A model generated the notes under the pieces. That model worked only from the letters and a program-made list of their open reading frames with translations. It searched no databases and was not told the DNA's origin. A stretch of 64,000 nucleotides of DNA, from contig NZ_QGLR01000010.1 in the NCBI RefSeq assembly GCF_003202655.1, positions 164,582 to 228,581 on the forward strand, written 5' to 3'. This document shows positions 1 through 10,519 of the stretch, one piece after another. Both the position numbers and the translations under genes were made by a program. Every line of letters begins with the position of its first letter. Position 1 is the first letter of the stretch. This DNA comes from Gilliamella apicola (GTDB lineage: Bacteria > Pseudomonadota > Gammaproteobacteria > Enterobacterales > Orbaceae).

Positions 1-213
1 AAAATTAAGCATTTATATAATACTTTTTAGTATCAATGATATCTTTAAGTTTAAGACATTTTTCATCGGTGATTGACACTATAACCAATTAGAAATAATA
101 AATATTCTTTAAATCAAAAAAATAAGATTTAGTAAAAAAATCAGCAATAATTGAAAACTAGATATTCTAAAAATCTAAAAAAGACATAACATATCCGTAA
201 TTATTGAACAATA

Positions 214-1023
214 TTAGTTTATTTCTGATTCTACTTGATTTTCAAGCTCTTGCTGAAAAGCATGAGCAATTTGTAATGAAATTCCTTCCATCATCGACAT
301 CTCCACCACTATCATCACATTTTTATAAATCCACACAAAATTTCCGCTCAAATATGTAGATTTAGCCGAAAAGGTTCCAAGATTATCCATCTTTTCAAAC
401 AAAGGCATGGGAAATGAATTACGAGATTCGAGATACTCAAGTAGTTCTTGTTCTGTTCGTAAATAGGCTTGTTTTATATTTTTCGACTCATTTATCGTAA
501 CAGATATTTCGGTTTCTCCCAGTATGTTATTATTATCATCAGTTAAAATAATCTTATAATGGTGAATAATAGCATCATTTCGGTTTTCAATTACTTCTGG
601 TTCTGTTCCAAGAATTCCAATTAGTACTGGTTTTAATCGCCTAGAGCCCTCAAATTCGAGCTTTAAATGTACATCAGTTTTAGCCAATGCCTTTTTTAAT
701 AATTGCATTACTTGTTCTTGGCGAAAAGAGTAGTTAGCCAACTTATTTCCTTGCTCAAATGGAGTTATAAACTGTAAATACTCATCGACTTCAATATAAT
801 GCTTAATGTTCCAATCTTCATAATTTGGATCTATTTTTTCAAAACCTGTTGTAACAATTTCTTTTAATATTTTCTTTTTATTTTCTTTCTCAACATCACG
901 ACCAATATTGGCAGCTACAATAGATGAGAATACAATTGCAATTGATAATATAAATATTTTTAATAAATTAATATAAGTCATCCGTTTCAGTTTTATCCTT
1001 CTAGTTAAATACCAATAGCACAT
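214..1023 (-). CDS. Hypothetical protein with an N-terminal hydrophobic anchor or signal sequence. The likely true start is the internal Met (MTYINLLKIF...) near 981.
   Basis: Six-frame ORF. Hydrophobic N-terminal segment ILSIAIVFSSIVAA. No recognisable catalytic motifs. AT-rich flanks. Confidence 0.4.
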   Translation of the reverse strand: MCYWYLTRRIKLKRMTYINLLKIFILSIAIVFSSIVAANIGRDVEKENKKKILKEIVTTGFEKIDPNYEDWNIKHYIEVDEYLQFITPFEQGNKLANYSFRQEQVMQLLKKALAKTDVHLKLEFEGSRRLKPVLIGILGTEPEVIENRNDAIIHHYKIILTDDNNNILGETEISVTINESKNIKQAYLRTEQELLEYLESRNSFPMPLFEKMDNLGTFSAKSTYLSGNFVWIYKNVMIVVEMSMMEGISLQIAHAFQQELENQVESEIN

Positions 1024-1293
1024 TCTTTAATGTTCCCAACATAACATTTTGAATATCTTAGTTAAAGTTTGTAACTTTTTTAATCTTAATACTAAAAATA
1101 ATGAGTGACAAAATGATTTGATGAACAACTATCGATTTTGATTTGTAAAAAATCTAGACGAGTTAGAAAGTGTGTATAATTATCTATAATTTAATATTTA
1201 AATAAAATAACCTCAAAATATTATTTAATTTAAAGTAAAGCTACATACTAATTTATCGCTATAAATAGTTTATAGTTAATAAACTATTTATAA

Positions 1294-1743
1294 TTAATTG
1301 TTAATTATGAATTTTTCATACTCGTCTTTAAAATCAATAAGATCAACAATTCGGTATTTTCTATTTTCATGATTATATAACAAAGCCCACCAAAACGAAT
1401 TCGAATTGTTATTTTCTATTTGTCGTAATTCACCATTTTTTTGTTGATAAAAAAAAGTTGTATCATCATGTTTATTTAAATAGGGTTGATGTATGTCTGA
1501 TAAATAATCGTAAATTAACGACCTATAATAATTGGCATCATCAGCCATAACATAAAAATCGTCTCCGTCTTCCATGATACTTTTCAAATGTTCTATAGTG
1601 TTCTCGCTTGGACTAATCAAAATGACCATATCTTTATCTAAAATGAATTTTGATTCTGTCGGTAATAATTTATTTTGTTCGGCAATGCTAGTTCCAAAAG
1701 GCAAAATTATTAAGAATAAAAACATAGATATAACTTTTTTCAT
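1294..1743 (-). CDS. Hypothetical small secreted protein
   Basis: Typical Sec signal peptide MKKVISMFLFLIILPFGTSIA followed by a hydrophilic domain. No family recognised. Confidence 0.4.
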   Translation of the reverse strand: MKKVISMFLFLIILPFGTSIAEQNKLLPTESKFILDKDMVILISPSENTIEHLKSIMEDGDDFYVMADDANYYRSLIYDYLSDIHQPYLNKHDDTTFFYQQKNGELRQIENNNSNSFWWALLYNHENRKYRIVDLIDFKDEYEKFIINN

Positions 1744-2275
1744 TTTACTCTAAACCTTATTATTAATTAGAATATTTGTGTATTAACACGTTTAATCACC
1801 AATCATGATTTAATTTAAATGTTTTATAGGTTATTTGTAGCTAAATTATATATTAATTAGCTCTTGTTTAATAACAATGCAACTATAAGTAAAGATATTA
1901 TCTCTTTACCTTAATTGTTTTTATTCAACTTCAAAGCTTTTTAACTTAAGTATGTTATAAATTATAGCTTAGAATTTTTTATTATTTATTTACCGATTAT
2001 TGATTATGTTTAAAACGTAAAGCAAAAAATTTATTTAAGTAACAAACACTCAATTTAGGTTATATGTTTGTTAGTAATGATCTTGATGGCATCGCCTAAG
2101 AGTTTATGCCACAGATACGTCAAAATTTGAGTGAGGTTTACTATTAGATTGTATAGTAGGGAACGCATTATAGGTTCCCTTTTAATGATTATTCTATTGA
2201 AGAATAAACAAGCTAGAAGCGTTGATAGTCACATAGCTTACTTATATAGTTAGATAACATAACTAGATAGCATAA

Positions 2276-4315
2276 CTAGATAGCATAGTTAACATCTACA
2301 CCACGAATATTATGTGCTCGACTTCTTTCTATAGATTGAATAGCAGCGATAACATCACGACCTTCTCGCATTCCATCAATTAATTTTCTTGCTTGTTTGC
2401 AATCACCAATTTGTTGGAATTGATAGTGGTTTTTATCGGCATGTTGTCGGAATTGTTCAGTAAATTCTGACACAGGGGTTAAACCTAAGCAGACAAATCC
2501 ATAATCGAAATCGAGTTCTTCAATTTGACCATTTCGAGAAACAATAAAGCGGTCTTCTTTAACTTCTTGTAATGTAGTTTCTAACATTACGTTGACGTGA
2601 TTATCATCAATCATTCTCATCATTGATAAACGGCCAATCATATCTAAGTCTTTTGCTAATGCCGTCTGCATTTCAACAATAGTGGTACTTTTGGCTTTAT
2701 TTTCAGAGAAATATTCAACCACATCTAAACCAACAGCCCCTCCTCCGATGACGACAATTTTTTTATCAGGAATATCAGTAAAGTATTCAAAATTGTCCAT
2801 AAGATCAAAAATTGAGAAGACGTTGCGTTTCTCTTTTGCTAATTGTTCATGTAATCCTTTGATAGGAGGCAATAGAGCCTTAGCACCTGTGGCTGCAACA
2901 ACCAGATCAGGGTGATGACTAGCCACCATTTCTGGCGTTGCTTTGGTATTTAAATGGATTGTGACATTATCTAATTTGTTAATACGGTTGATCAAAAATT
3001 TTGGAAGATCCGCTATACGACGTTTATAAGGAAAACGAGAAATAATGGATGATAAGCCACCAAGAAATGATTTTTCTTCATATAGGGTTACGTTACAACC
3101 AACTTCAGCTGCGGTGGCAGCAGCTTCAAGCCCAGCAGTCCCGCCCCCTATAACCACAACATTAAGTGGTGCGGTTATTTGATAACGTTTATAATCTTCA
3201 TAACTGATAATATCAGGATTTACTGTACAGCGTATTGGTTTAGATTTGGCAATTCGATGATCAGCACATCCGATATTACATGAAATACAACGTCTTAAGG
3301 TATCAATTTCGTTATTTTTAACTTTTTCAACCCAATAAGGTTCGGCAATTAAACCTCGTCCCATTACAACAAAATCGGCAACGCCGTTTGCTATGGTATC
3401 AGCAATAATTTTTGGATCACGGAAATTTCCTGAGGCAATAGTTGGTTTGTTGAATTTATCTTTTACTGCTTTCGCCATATATGAGCGCCAACCATCTGGT
3501 AAGTTCATTTGATCTATTTGCATAAATAAAGTGTCATTTTGAGCTGCTGATACGTCAAAGATATCAACACCTTCATTTAAGTATTCTAGAATTTCTAATG
3601 TATCTTCTAAACTATTACCGCCTTCAATAAAATCATCAGCACTAAAACGTAACATGATTAAAAAATTAGGACCAACATGTTTACGAATTTCATCGATGAC
3701 CATACGAACAATTCGCGCACGATTTTCGACACTTCCACCGAATTCGTCAGTACGTTTGTTAAATAATGGTGATAAGAATTGACTGAGTAAGTAGGAGTGT
3801 CCGGCATGAATTTCGACAGCATCAAATCCTGCTCGTTGTACTCTTGATGCTGCTAAGCCATATTGTTTTACCACATAATAAATTTCATCGACTGACATAG
3901 GTCTTGGAGCATTGCCACCCGTTTTTGATGGAATATTTGATGCAGAAATAGGCTGCAAGCCGTTTAGTCGGCCAAAATAGGCTGAGGCCCCAGCATGGTT
4001 GATTTGTACTGCGACGGTTGCGCCGTGTTTATGCATCCGTTCAGTAAATCGAAATAGTCCTGGTATATACTGGTCATTATCAATGCGCAGTTGTGTTGTC
4101 CCATTTGTACCATATGGATAATCAATACAGACGTTTTCCAGAATAATTAATCCCGTTCCCCCTTTGGCTCGTTGTTCATAATACTGTATATGATCATCAA
4201 CAAATTCACCACTTAGGGTTGCAAAGTTAGTTCCAATCGGTGGCATTACAATTCGATTTTTAATCGTGGTGCGTTTAATTGTGATAGGTTGAAAAATTGA
4301 AGAGAAATCGCTCAT
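2276..4315 (-). CDS. NADH:flavin oxidoreductase / 2,4-dienoyl-CoA reductase (FadH)-like protein. It has an Old Yellow Enzyme TIM barrel, a 4Fe-4S cysteine cluster and a C-terminal FAD/NAD(P) domain.
   Basis: The N-terminal OYE-like region has a Cys motif CISCNIGCADH...C. The C-terminus carries a Rossmann GxGxxG motif (VVVIGGGTAGLEAAATAA). The 679-aa length matches the E. coli FadH architecture. Confidence 0.7.
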   Translation of the reverse strand: MSDFSSIFQPITIKRTTIKNRIVMPPIGTNFATLSGEFVDDHIQYYEQRAKGGTGLIILENVCIDYPYGTNGTTQLRIDNDQYIPGLFRFTERMHKHGATVAVQINHAGASAYFGRLNGLQPISASNIPSKTGGNAPRPMSVDEIYYVVKQYGLAASRVQRAGFDAVEIHAGHSYLLSQFLSPLFNKRTDEFGGSVENRARIVRMVIDEIRKHVGPNFLIMLRFSADDFIEGGNSLEDTLEILEYLNEGVDIFDVSAAQNDTLFMQIDQMNLPDGWRSYMAKAVKDKFNKPTIASGNFRDPKIIADTIANGVADFVVMGRGLIAEPYWVEKVKNNEIDTLRRCISCNIGCADHRIAKSKPIRCTVNPDIISYEDYKRYQITAPLNVVVIGGGTAGLEAAATAAEVGCNVTLYEEKSFLGGLSSIISRFPYKRRIADLPKFLINRINKLDNVTIHLNTKATPEMVASHHPDLVVAATGAKALLPPIKGLHEQLAKEKRNVFSIFDLMDNFEYFTDIPDKKIVVIGGGAVGLDVVEYFSENKAKSTTIVEMQTALAKDLDMIGRLSMMRMIDDNHVNVMLETTLQEVKEDRFIVSRNGQIEELDFDYGFVCLGLTPVSEFTEQFRQHADKNHYQFQQIGDCKQARKLIDGMREGRDVIAAIQSIERSRAHNIRGVDVNYAI

Positions 4316-4762
4316 GTTACTCCCTCATACCATCACACAACTCTGGAGTTGTGCTTACTTTTAATTTTAAATTGATATTCGATTACCCCTATTATACACA
4401 ATTTATCAATAAATATATTCTTTATTTTTCAATTAATTTATATATTTTTTCTATAGATGAATTAAAAATAGAGTTATTATTTATCAAATGTTTATGAGTT
4501 TTTGGTTCTATTTTAGTAACAAAATTAGCTTAATTTACCTGTTACTAAATGAATTAAAAATTTTCAATACAACAAGTTACAATCATTATTGAATGATCAC
4601 ATGCAAATGTGTTTCAAACAAAATTAAGTTTATTTTTTATTGAATTTATAAATATTTTTTATATTTTTTATTTATTTTTTAAATAGAAAACACCACTCTT
4701 TAAGTGGTGTTATGGTAAAAATTGATCTAATTAAGGTTAGATAATGAGAGGATTGCGGGCGT

Positions 4763-5602
4763 TTAGCTTTTATTCGCTTGACGTGAATTAATAGCAAATT
4801 GACGGCGCCCACCAGGTCTTGGCACTAAGTCACCTAACATGATTTCATAACCGCCATCGACAACTAATTCTGTACCATTAGAATAATCCGAACGTTTGCT
4901 GGCTAAATATAAAACAGCATTTGCAATATCAATTGTTTCACCAATACGACGACTGGCAATCATTCGTGTACGGCCTTCTTCTACTTCTTTATCTTCATAG
5001 AATTTTTTTGATAATGGAGTTTTAACAAAACATGGGCAAACAGCGTTAGAACGAATGCCAAATTGTCCCCATTCGGCAGCAATTTGTTTTGATAACATGG
5101 AAATAGCAGCTTTCGTTGGGCTATATGCGCCACTATAGGTTTCTGGCGTATGTGAAGCTACGGTTGAAATATGCACCATGCGACCAGATTTTTGTTCGAT
5201 CATCATACGACCAAAACGTTGAGACATAAGGAAGTAACCAGTCATGTTGACATCAATAGTTAATTGCCATTCATCAAGCGGTAAATCTTCCAACGGACAG
5301 AATTTTAAAATAGCAGCAGTATTAACCAGTACATCACACCGGCCGAACTGTTGCTTAACTAAAGCAACGGCATTATCCACACTTTTTTCATCAGTGGTAT
5401 TACAAGCCAAACCTATGGCTTTGATGCCGTATTCTTTGGCTAATTCAGAGGCAAAATCTTGGCATTTGGCTTCATTAAGATCGATCAGTACTAAATTTGC
5501 TTTTTGTTTAGCAAATTCCCGGCAAATTTCCGCCCCCATACCACCGACCGCACCAGTGATGACACAGACATCACCCTCTAAACCTAACCAATTATTATTC
5601 AT
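4763..5602 (-). CDS. Short-chain dehydrogenase/reductase (SDR) family oxidoreductase
   Basis: TGAVGGMG glycine-rich NAD(P)-binding motif near the N-terminus. Catalytic YxxxK (YSGAYSPTK). Length is typical of SDRs. Confidence 0.75.
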   Translation of the reverse strand: MNNNWLGLEGDVCVITGAVGGMGAEICREFAKQKANLVLIDLNEAKCQDFASELAKEYGIKAIGLACNTTDEKSVDNAVALVKQQFGRCDVLVNTAAILKFCPLEDLPLDEWQLTIDVNMTGYFLMSQRFGRMMIEQKSGRMVHISTVASHTPETYSGAYSPTKAAISMLSKQIAAEWGQFGIRSNAVCPCFVKTPLSKKFYEDKEVEEGRTRMIASRRIGETIDIANAVLYLASKRSDYSNGTELVVDGGYEIMLGDLVPRPGGRRQFAINSRQANKS

Positions 5603-5747
5603 ACAGACTCCTAATATTATCTTTATATTAATCGTCGTTATTTACGATTAATCATTTTAACTTGACGGTTTATATCTTTGACTTGCTTCACGACAAACTT
5701 TTTAATCACTTAATCTTTTTAGATTATTTGTAAGAAAGTCATTATTT

Positions 5748-6512
5748 TTAAGCTAAACTTCTATGCAAAATATTCAAAATTTGTCTTAGCTCTTTAACAT
5801 CAAGCTGCCCGGGTGCTGAAGCATTTTTTGCTGCACCAAAGGTAAGGTCAGAACCAAAGGTTTCACCAGCAACTCGACTAATTGCGCCTTTTCCTGCCAT
5901 TGACATGGTAATGAGTGGTTTACGCGCATATTTGTCTTTCATTTCAGCTGTTGCGGCCAGTAAGTTAATGACATCTTCACGCGAACGCGGCATTACTGCG
6001 ATTTTCGGAATGTCTACACCGAGATCTTGCATTTTGCGTAATCTTGCGACAATTTCATCTTTTGCTGGTGTCTTATCAAAATCATGATTTGAAGCAATAA
6101 CTAAAACGTTATGTTGATGAGCTAATTCAACAATTTCTTCAACATATTGATCACCAGTGAAAACTTCGATATCGACAAGATCTATCAAGCCAGTTTTAAT
6201 CATCTGTTTATTTAGATTGATATAAAATTCCACCGGAGCTGGATAGACACCGCCTTCATTAGCGGTTCGAAATGTGAATAAAATTGGTTTGTGACCAATG
6301 ATTGCGTGTAATTTGTTTGCTGTTTGTTTTACTTTTTCAACATCATCAACATGTTGAAAATGATCCACTCGCCATTCAACCATATCGAAATCGATTTGCG
6401 TTAAAAATTCAGCTTCATTTACTAACTCTTGTTCTGTTTTACCTACAATTGGAACGATAATCTTAGGCGCTCCAACGCCTATATCTAAACCTTTTACTGT
6501 AATCTTTGTCAT
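5748..6512 (-). CDS. aroD: 3-dehydroquinate dehydratase type I
   Basis: Close colinear similarity to E. coli AroD along the whole length (KGLDIGVGAPKIIVPIVG..., EWRVDHF, SNHDF..TP, IPKIAVMP, SMAGKGAISR). Lies next to ydiB as in E. coli. Confidence 0.9.
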   Translation of the reverse strand: MTKITVKGLDIGVGAPKIIVPIVGKTEQELVNEAEFLTQIDFDMVEWRVDHFQHVDDVEKVKQTANKLHAIIGHKPILFTFRTANEGGVYPAPVEFYINLNKQMIKTGLIDLVDIEVFTGDQYVEEIVELAHQHNVLVIASNHDFDKTPAKDEIVARLRKMQDLGVDIPKIAVMPRSREDVINLLAATAEMKDKYARKPLITMSMAGKGAISRVAGETFGSDLTFGAAKNASAPGQLDVKELRQILNILHRSLA

Positions 6513-6619
6513 CTGATCACCAATTTATTTTTTTCTTTACTCTTAATCAAAATTATTAAGAGGATAATTTATGCTGATATTAATATTTATATTAATTATA
6601 TTAAGTTAACTAAAATTTT

Positions 6620-7492
6620 TTAGTCATTAAAACCCATTTTTTCTTTTACATAATCAATCGGAGCATCTTGTCCTGTCCAAATTTTTATTTGTGCATGACC
6701 TTGCCATAACATCATTCCGATACCGTTTAAAGTTTTACAACCTTGTGCTTCGGCAATTTCCAGTAATTTTGTTTTACGTGGGCTATAAATACAATCGGTT
6801 ACAACGAGATCTTTCCTTAACATGCTAGGATCGGTAATCAGACTCTGTCCTTCTAACGGTTTCATACCGACACCAGTAGCATTGCATAATACGGCACTTT
6901 CAGCAATTTCTTGACGCAATTTAGCTTGATCATCTAAATCATAAACCGTGGCTTTACAATCAGTTTTTTCATTGATTCGCTTAGCTATTTCAACAATTTT
7001 ATCAAAGCACTCATCTTTTTGGTTGAAAATAGAAATCGCTTTAACGCCGTCGAGTGCAGCCTGTACAGCAATAGCGCTTGCGGCACCACCACCACCAAGT
7101 AATGTCATTTTTTTACCAATAATATCAACACCTGCCTCTTTTAATGAACGCATGTATCCCATTCCATCCGTGTTATATCCGGTTAGAACACCGTCATCAT
7201 TAGAAATGGTATTACAAGCGCCAATAAGCTCAACAGCCGGTGTTAATTTATCTAAATATTGGCAGACCAGTTGTTTATTTGGCATTGATACCGCACTACC
7301 TCGTAAACCTAATGCGCGTAATCCTTTTATCGCATCAGGTAATTTTTCTTGTGTCACCTCAAAAGCTAAATAGACATAAGGAACGTCTAGTTTAGAATAA
7401 ATTATATTTTGCATTTTCGGTGATAAGCTATGTCGAATTGGATAAGCCATTAGTCCGATTAATAAAAAATGTCCATCGATGTTTGCTCTCAT
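6620..7492 (-). CDS. ydiB: Quinate/shikimate 5-dehydrogenase (YdiB-type, NAD(P)-dependent)
   Basis: Strong similarity to E. coli YdiB (LIGLMAYPIRHSLSP, SMPNKQ, GYNTDG, GGGGAASAI, YVKEKMGF). The start was moved to the second Met (MRANID), which has a GGAGAG RBS. The first ATG of the tracked ORF sits inside that RBS. Confidence 0.88.
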   Translation of the reverse strand: MRANIDGHFLLIGLMAYPIRHSLSPKMQNIIYSKLDVPYVYLAFEVTQEKLPDAIKGLRALGLRGSAVSMPNKQLVCQYLDKLTPAVELIGACNTISNDDGVLTGYNTDGMGYMRSLKEAGVDIIGKKMTLLGGGGAASAIAVQAALDGVKAISIFNQKDECFDKIVEIAKRINEKTDCKATVYDLDDQAKLRQEIAESAVLCNATGVGMKPLEGQSLITDPSMLRKDLVVTDCIYSPRKTKLLEIAEAQGCKTLNGIGMMLWQGHAQIKIWTGQDAPIDYVKEKMGFND

Positions 7493-7514
7493 ACTTCTCT
7501 CCAATTAGTTATTA

Positions 7515-8336
7515 TTAAGATTCAGCGACTTGTTTAAGTAATTTTTTGGTATCTTCAAGATACATTTTAGCTCGTTCAATTGGAGAATGACTCAACGCAA
7601 ATTCATCATTACAACATTCAATTGAAATCGGCATTTCTGGTAAAGCTTTTAATAATGATACTAAATCAATGCCGCCACGTCCCGGTGATAATCGATAATT
7701 TCTTGCCTGATAAAGTAATCCTTCGGTATCTTTTGGTTTCTCTTTAGTTCCATCGCATAATTGCATATAGCGCCAACAATCCTTAGGTACTTTCTGCAAG
7801 TTCTCCAGAGTATTAGCTCCACGATCAAAATGCAATGGATCAATAATCATACCTTGATTGTTTTGGTTGGCGGCTTTGAGTAATTCTACCCCAGAATTAA
7901 CGGTAGGAATATCTGTCCAAGGCATTGGTTCAATATTGATTGCGATACCTAATGGGGCTGCAATTTCACATAACCGTGCAAAATTATCAGCTAAACGATT
8001 TTTATCAGGATCATTACCGGCTAATAATACTTGGCTTGCGCCTAAGCGAGCTCCTGTTTCTAATACCGGCAAAAAGTTGATAACTCGGGTATCTGGTTTG
8101 AGCCGAAAAATTTCAATATCTAAAACTTTGATACCTGTCTCTTTTAATCGTCGTTCCACTTCCCGAATTAATGGGGTATCACCAACTGTTGCATAAACCG
8201 GCTCAGTAGGTGTGGCAGGAATAAGTCTTAAACCAACATGAGTATAACCAGCTTCTGCGGCCACAATAACTTGATTTGCTGGAGATACATCTAATACCGT
8301 TAAGGCCGCAAGCCCTATAGGACGTTCAATTGCCAT
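7515..8336 (-). CDS. Xylose-isomerase-like TIM-barrel protein (sugar phosphate isomerase/epimerase family). It could be a dehydratase or isomerase of a hydroaromatic pathway.
   Basis: Family-level resemblance to AP-endonuclease-2/xylose-isomerase-like TIM barrels. It is first in the minus-strand cluster with ydiB and aroD. The specific activity is not supported by the sequence alone. Confidence 0.5.
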   Translation of the reverse strand: MAIERPIGLAALTVLDVSPANQVIVAAEAGYTHVGLRLIPATPTEPVYATVGDTPLIREVERRLKETGIKVLDIEIFRLKPDTRVINFLPVLETGARLGASQVLLAGNDPDKNRLADNFARLCEIAAPLGIAINIEPMPWTDIPTVNSGVELLKAANQNNQGMIIDPLHFDRGANTLENLQKVPKDCWRYMQLCDGTKEKPKDTEGLLYQARNYRLSPGRGGIDLVSLLKALPEMPISIECCNDEFALSHSPIERAKMYLEDTKKLLKQVAES

Positions 8337-8692
8337 GCAATCCTCCTGAAATTTTAAATAATTTAGCTGAATTTAGTAAAAATAAGATGCTAATAATGTA
8401 AAACAATAAAATAAATTTATCTATAGATTTTGTTATTTTAATTTATTTTTTTTATAAATTTATACATAATAAATAAAATAATCGCTAAAATTATTTAGGT
8501 AAGATTATGGAATGAAGAAATAAAAAAAATCTATTTCACTGATTTATAGAAATAAAACGATATTAATTACTCAGTAATCAGATGCGAATTAAATTATCGG
8601 TAACTAACAAACTATTTTATAAAATAAATTGTTTTTAATAATTGGAATGACATAACAGTTGTAAAATTAAATTATTCAACAAAGGATGCACT

Positions 8693-9913
8693 ATGAAAAA
8701 TAACTATATCCCTACTTCGATATGCTTATACATGAACTATTTTGTTCATGGTATGGGGGCAATCATTCTTGCCCAAAATATGAATTATTTGGCTAATCAA
8801 TTCAATACTGATAGTGAGGGGATTGCTTATGTAATCTCAGGTTTGGGAATTGGACGCTTAATAGTTTTGTTTGTTATGGGGGCGTTATCTGACAAATTTG
8901 GACGTAAACCATTTGTTTTTTTGGGTGGTATATTTTATATAGGCTTTTTGCTAGGTATTTTGATTAGTCCAAATCTCCAAGTCGCATTTATGTTTGCTGT
9001 TTTAGGCGGTATTGCTAATTCAACGCTAGACGCAGGTACTTACCCAGCATTAATGGAATCATTTCCTAAGGCAACCGGAACCGCATCCATTTTAACCAAA
9101 GCGGCCATTGCTGGTGGACAATTTGTGTTACCGATTGTGATGACGATAATTATCGTTTCTAATGCTTATTATGGTTGGTCATTCCTTTTCTGCGTTGCTA
9201 TTTTAGCCCTTAATGCTTTAGCTGTATTAAAAATGCCTTTCCCAAATCATAAACAACCAATAGCTGAAGAAATTGCAAAAGAATCCGTCGAACAAGAGAC
9301 CAAACCATTACCAAAATTAAAACAAAAAGCTAACTTTTGGATTGAAGGTGTTTGTTTTATCATTATTGGTTATACATCCACCGCGACATTTTATTTAGTA
9401 TCAATATGGTTACCTAAATTCTCTGAATCGGTTGCAATGATGAGTCCTTCTGCATCTGCGCAAACTATTAGTTATTATGCTATTGGGACATTAGCCAGTG
9501 TTATTTTAACCTCAATATTAGTTAAAAGCTGGATTCGTCCGGTTTATATAGTGTTTGTTTATCCTTGTTTATCGGCAATTATGTTGTTCGTTTTATTCTT
9601 GTTCCCTTCGCCAACTTTATGTATTGCTGGTGGATTTATTTTAGGATTTACAGCAGCTGGGGGAGTTTTACAATTAGCATTAACCACCATGTCAGAATTT
9701 TATCCTGAAGGTAAAGGTAAAGTCCTTGGTATTTTCTTTACCTCTTCTAGTTTAGCTACTTTCTCTATACCAGTTGTGACCGGAATTATTTCCAAAACCA
9801 GTATCGCTAATATTATCTTGTTTGACGCCTTTATCGCGGTATTAGGGGCAATTTTAGCCTTGGTGATTATTGCTAGATATCATAAAATTTTTGAACTACC
9901 AAATCGTAGATAA
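8693..9913 (+). CDS. MFS transporter (YdiM/YdiN-like)
   Basis: About 12 predicted TM segments. MFS signature G-x-L-S-D-K-F-G-R-K-P. Paralogous to the ORF at 10520..11719. E. coli keeps the MFS genes ydiM/ydiN next to ydiB-aroD. Confidence 0.8.
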   Translation: MKNNYIPTSICLYMNYFVHGMGAIILAQNMNYLANQFNTDSEGIAYVISGLGIGRLIVLFVMGALSDKFGRKPFVFLGGIFYIGFLLGILISPNLQVAFMFAVLGGIANSTLDAGTYPALMESFPKATGTASILTKAAIAGGQFVLPIVMTIIIVSNAYYGWSFLFCVAILALNALAVLKMPFPNHKQPIAEEIAKESVEQETKPLPKLKQKANFWIEGVCFIIIGYTSTATFYLVSIWLPKFSESVAMMSPSASAQTISYYAIGTLASVILTSILVKSWIRPVYIVFVYPCLSAIMLFVLFLFPSPTLCIAGGFILGFTAAGGVLQLALTTMSEFYPEGKGKVLGIFFTSSSLATFSIPVVTGIISKTSIANIILFDAFIAVLGAILALVIIARYHKIFELPNRR

Positions 9914-10030
9914 GATTGTGTTATCAATTACAATCAACAATGATTAACTAATAAAAAGCCACAAGTATGCTGAGTAAGACTTGTGGTTAATCATTCAACA
10001 ACCTTCCGTAGATAATCTCTTAATAAAATA

Positions 10031-10412
10031 TTATAAATATAGGTATCGATAAACGATTTGTATCGATAGCATAACAATCCCAAATATCAAAGATAATAAA
10101 CCAACGTATTGGATCGGAATGGCAAAAAAATTGTATTTAGTATCTTTCACTTTAATGTAATTAGTGCCACTAGAAATTATAGATGGTGCAATAAACTCTT
10201 TTTTATAATTTAGTTTAAGTCCTAGAAAGTATATATATCCCATATATTATCCACAGGATAGGCATTAAAAAATAGGAACCAATTTTCGCATGTGAACCAT
10301 AAATATGGCTGAAATTAGGATAGATAATATCAATAATTATCTCAAGGATTACTGACAAAACTAGATAGCTACCTATTAAAATCCAACTTGATTTTGTTTT
10401 GGGAATAACCAT
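10031..10412 (-). pseudogene. Possible frameshifted small hydrophobic membrane protein. Two overlapping ORFs, 10031..10243 and 10215..10412.
   Basis: Two consecutive hydrophobic ORFs overlap by 29 nt in different frames, between two convergent MFS genes. This could be a frameshift remnant or noise. Confidence 0.2.
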
Positions 10413-10519
10413 AAAGTTAATAATGCTGATGCCGATTATTTTGCAGTAACATTATTATGAATGGTAAAGCACCTTATTGCAATAAGATGCTTTTTTAAAA
10501 TTATGACGCAAATAAGTTA

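Noticed and set aside
2682-2915. The plus-strand 77-aa ORF inside the fadH-like gene. Similar antisense ORFs occur inside ydiB, aroD, mgtA, topB and the SDR gene (5244..5651, 5905..6087, 6948..7373, 7858..8196, 31111..31887 and others).
   Set aside because: These are antisense shadows fully embedded in well-supported genes and have no independent signals.
4297-4497. A 66-aa plus-strand ORF in the AT-rich spacer downstream of the fadH-like gene start.
   Set aside because: It is low-complexity, AT-rich, has no RBS and overlaps the fadH-like start codon. It is likely noise.
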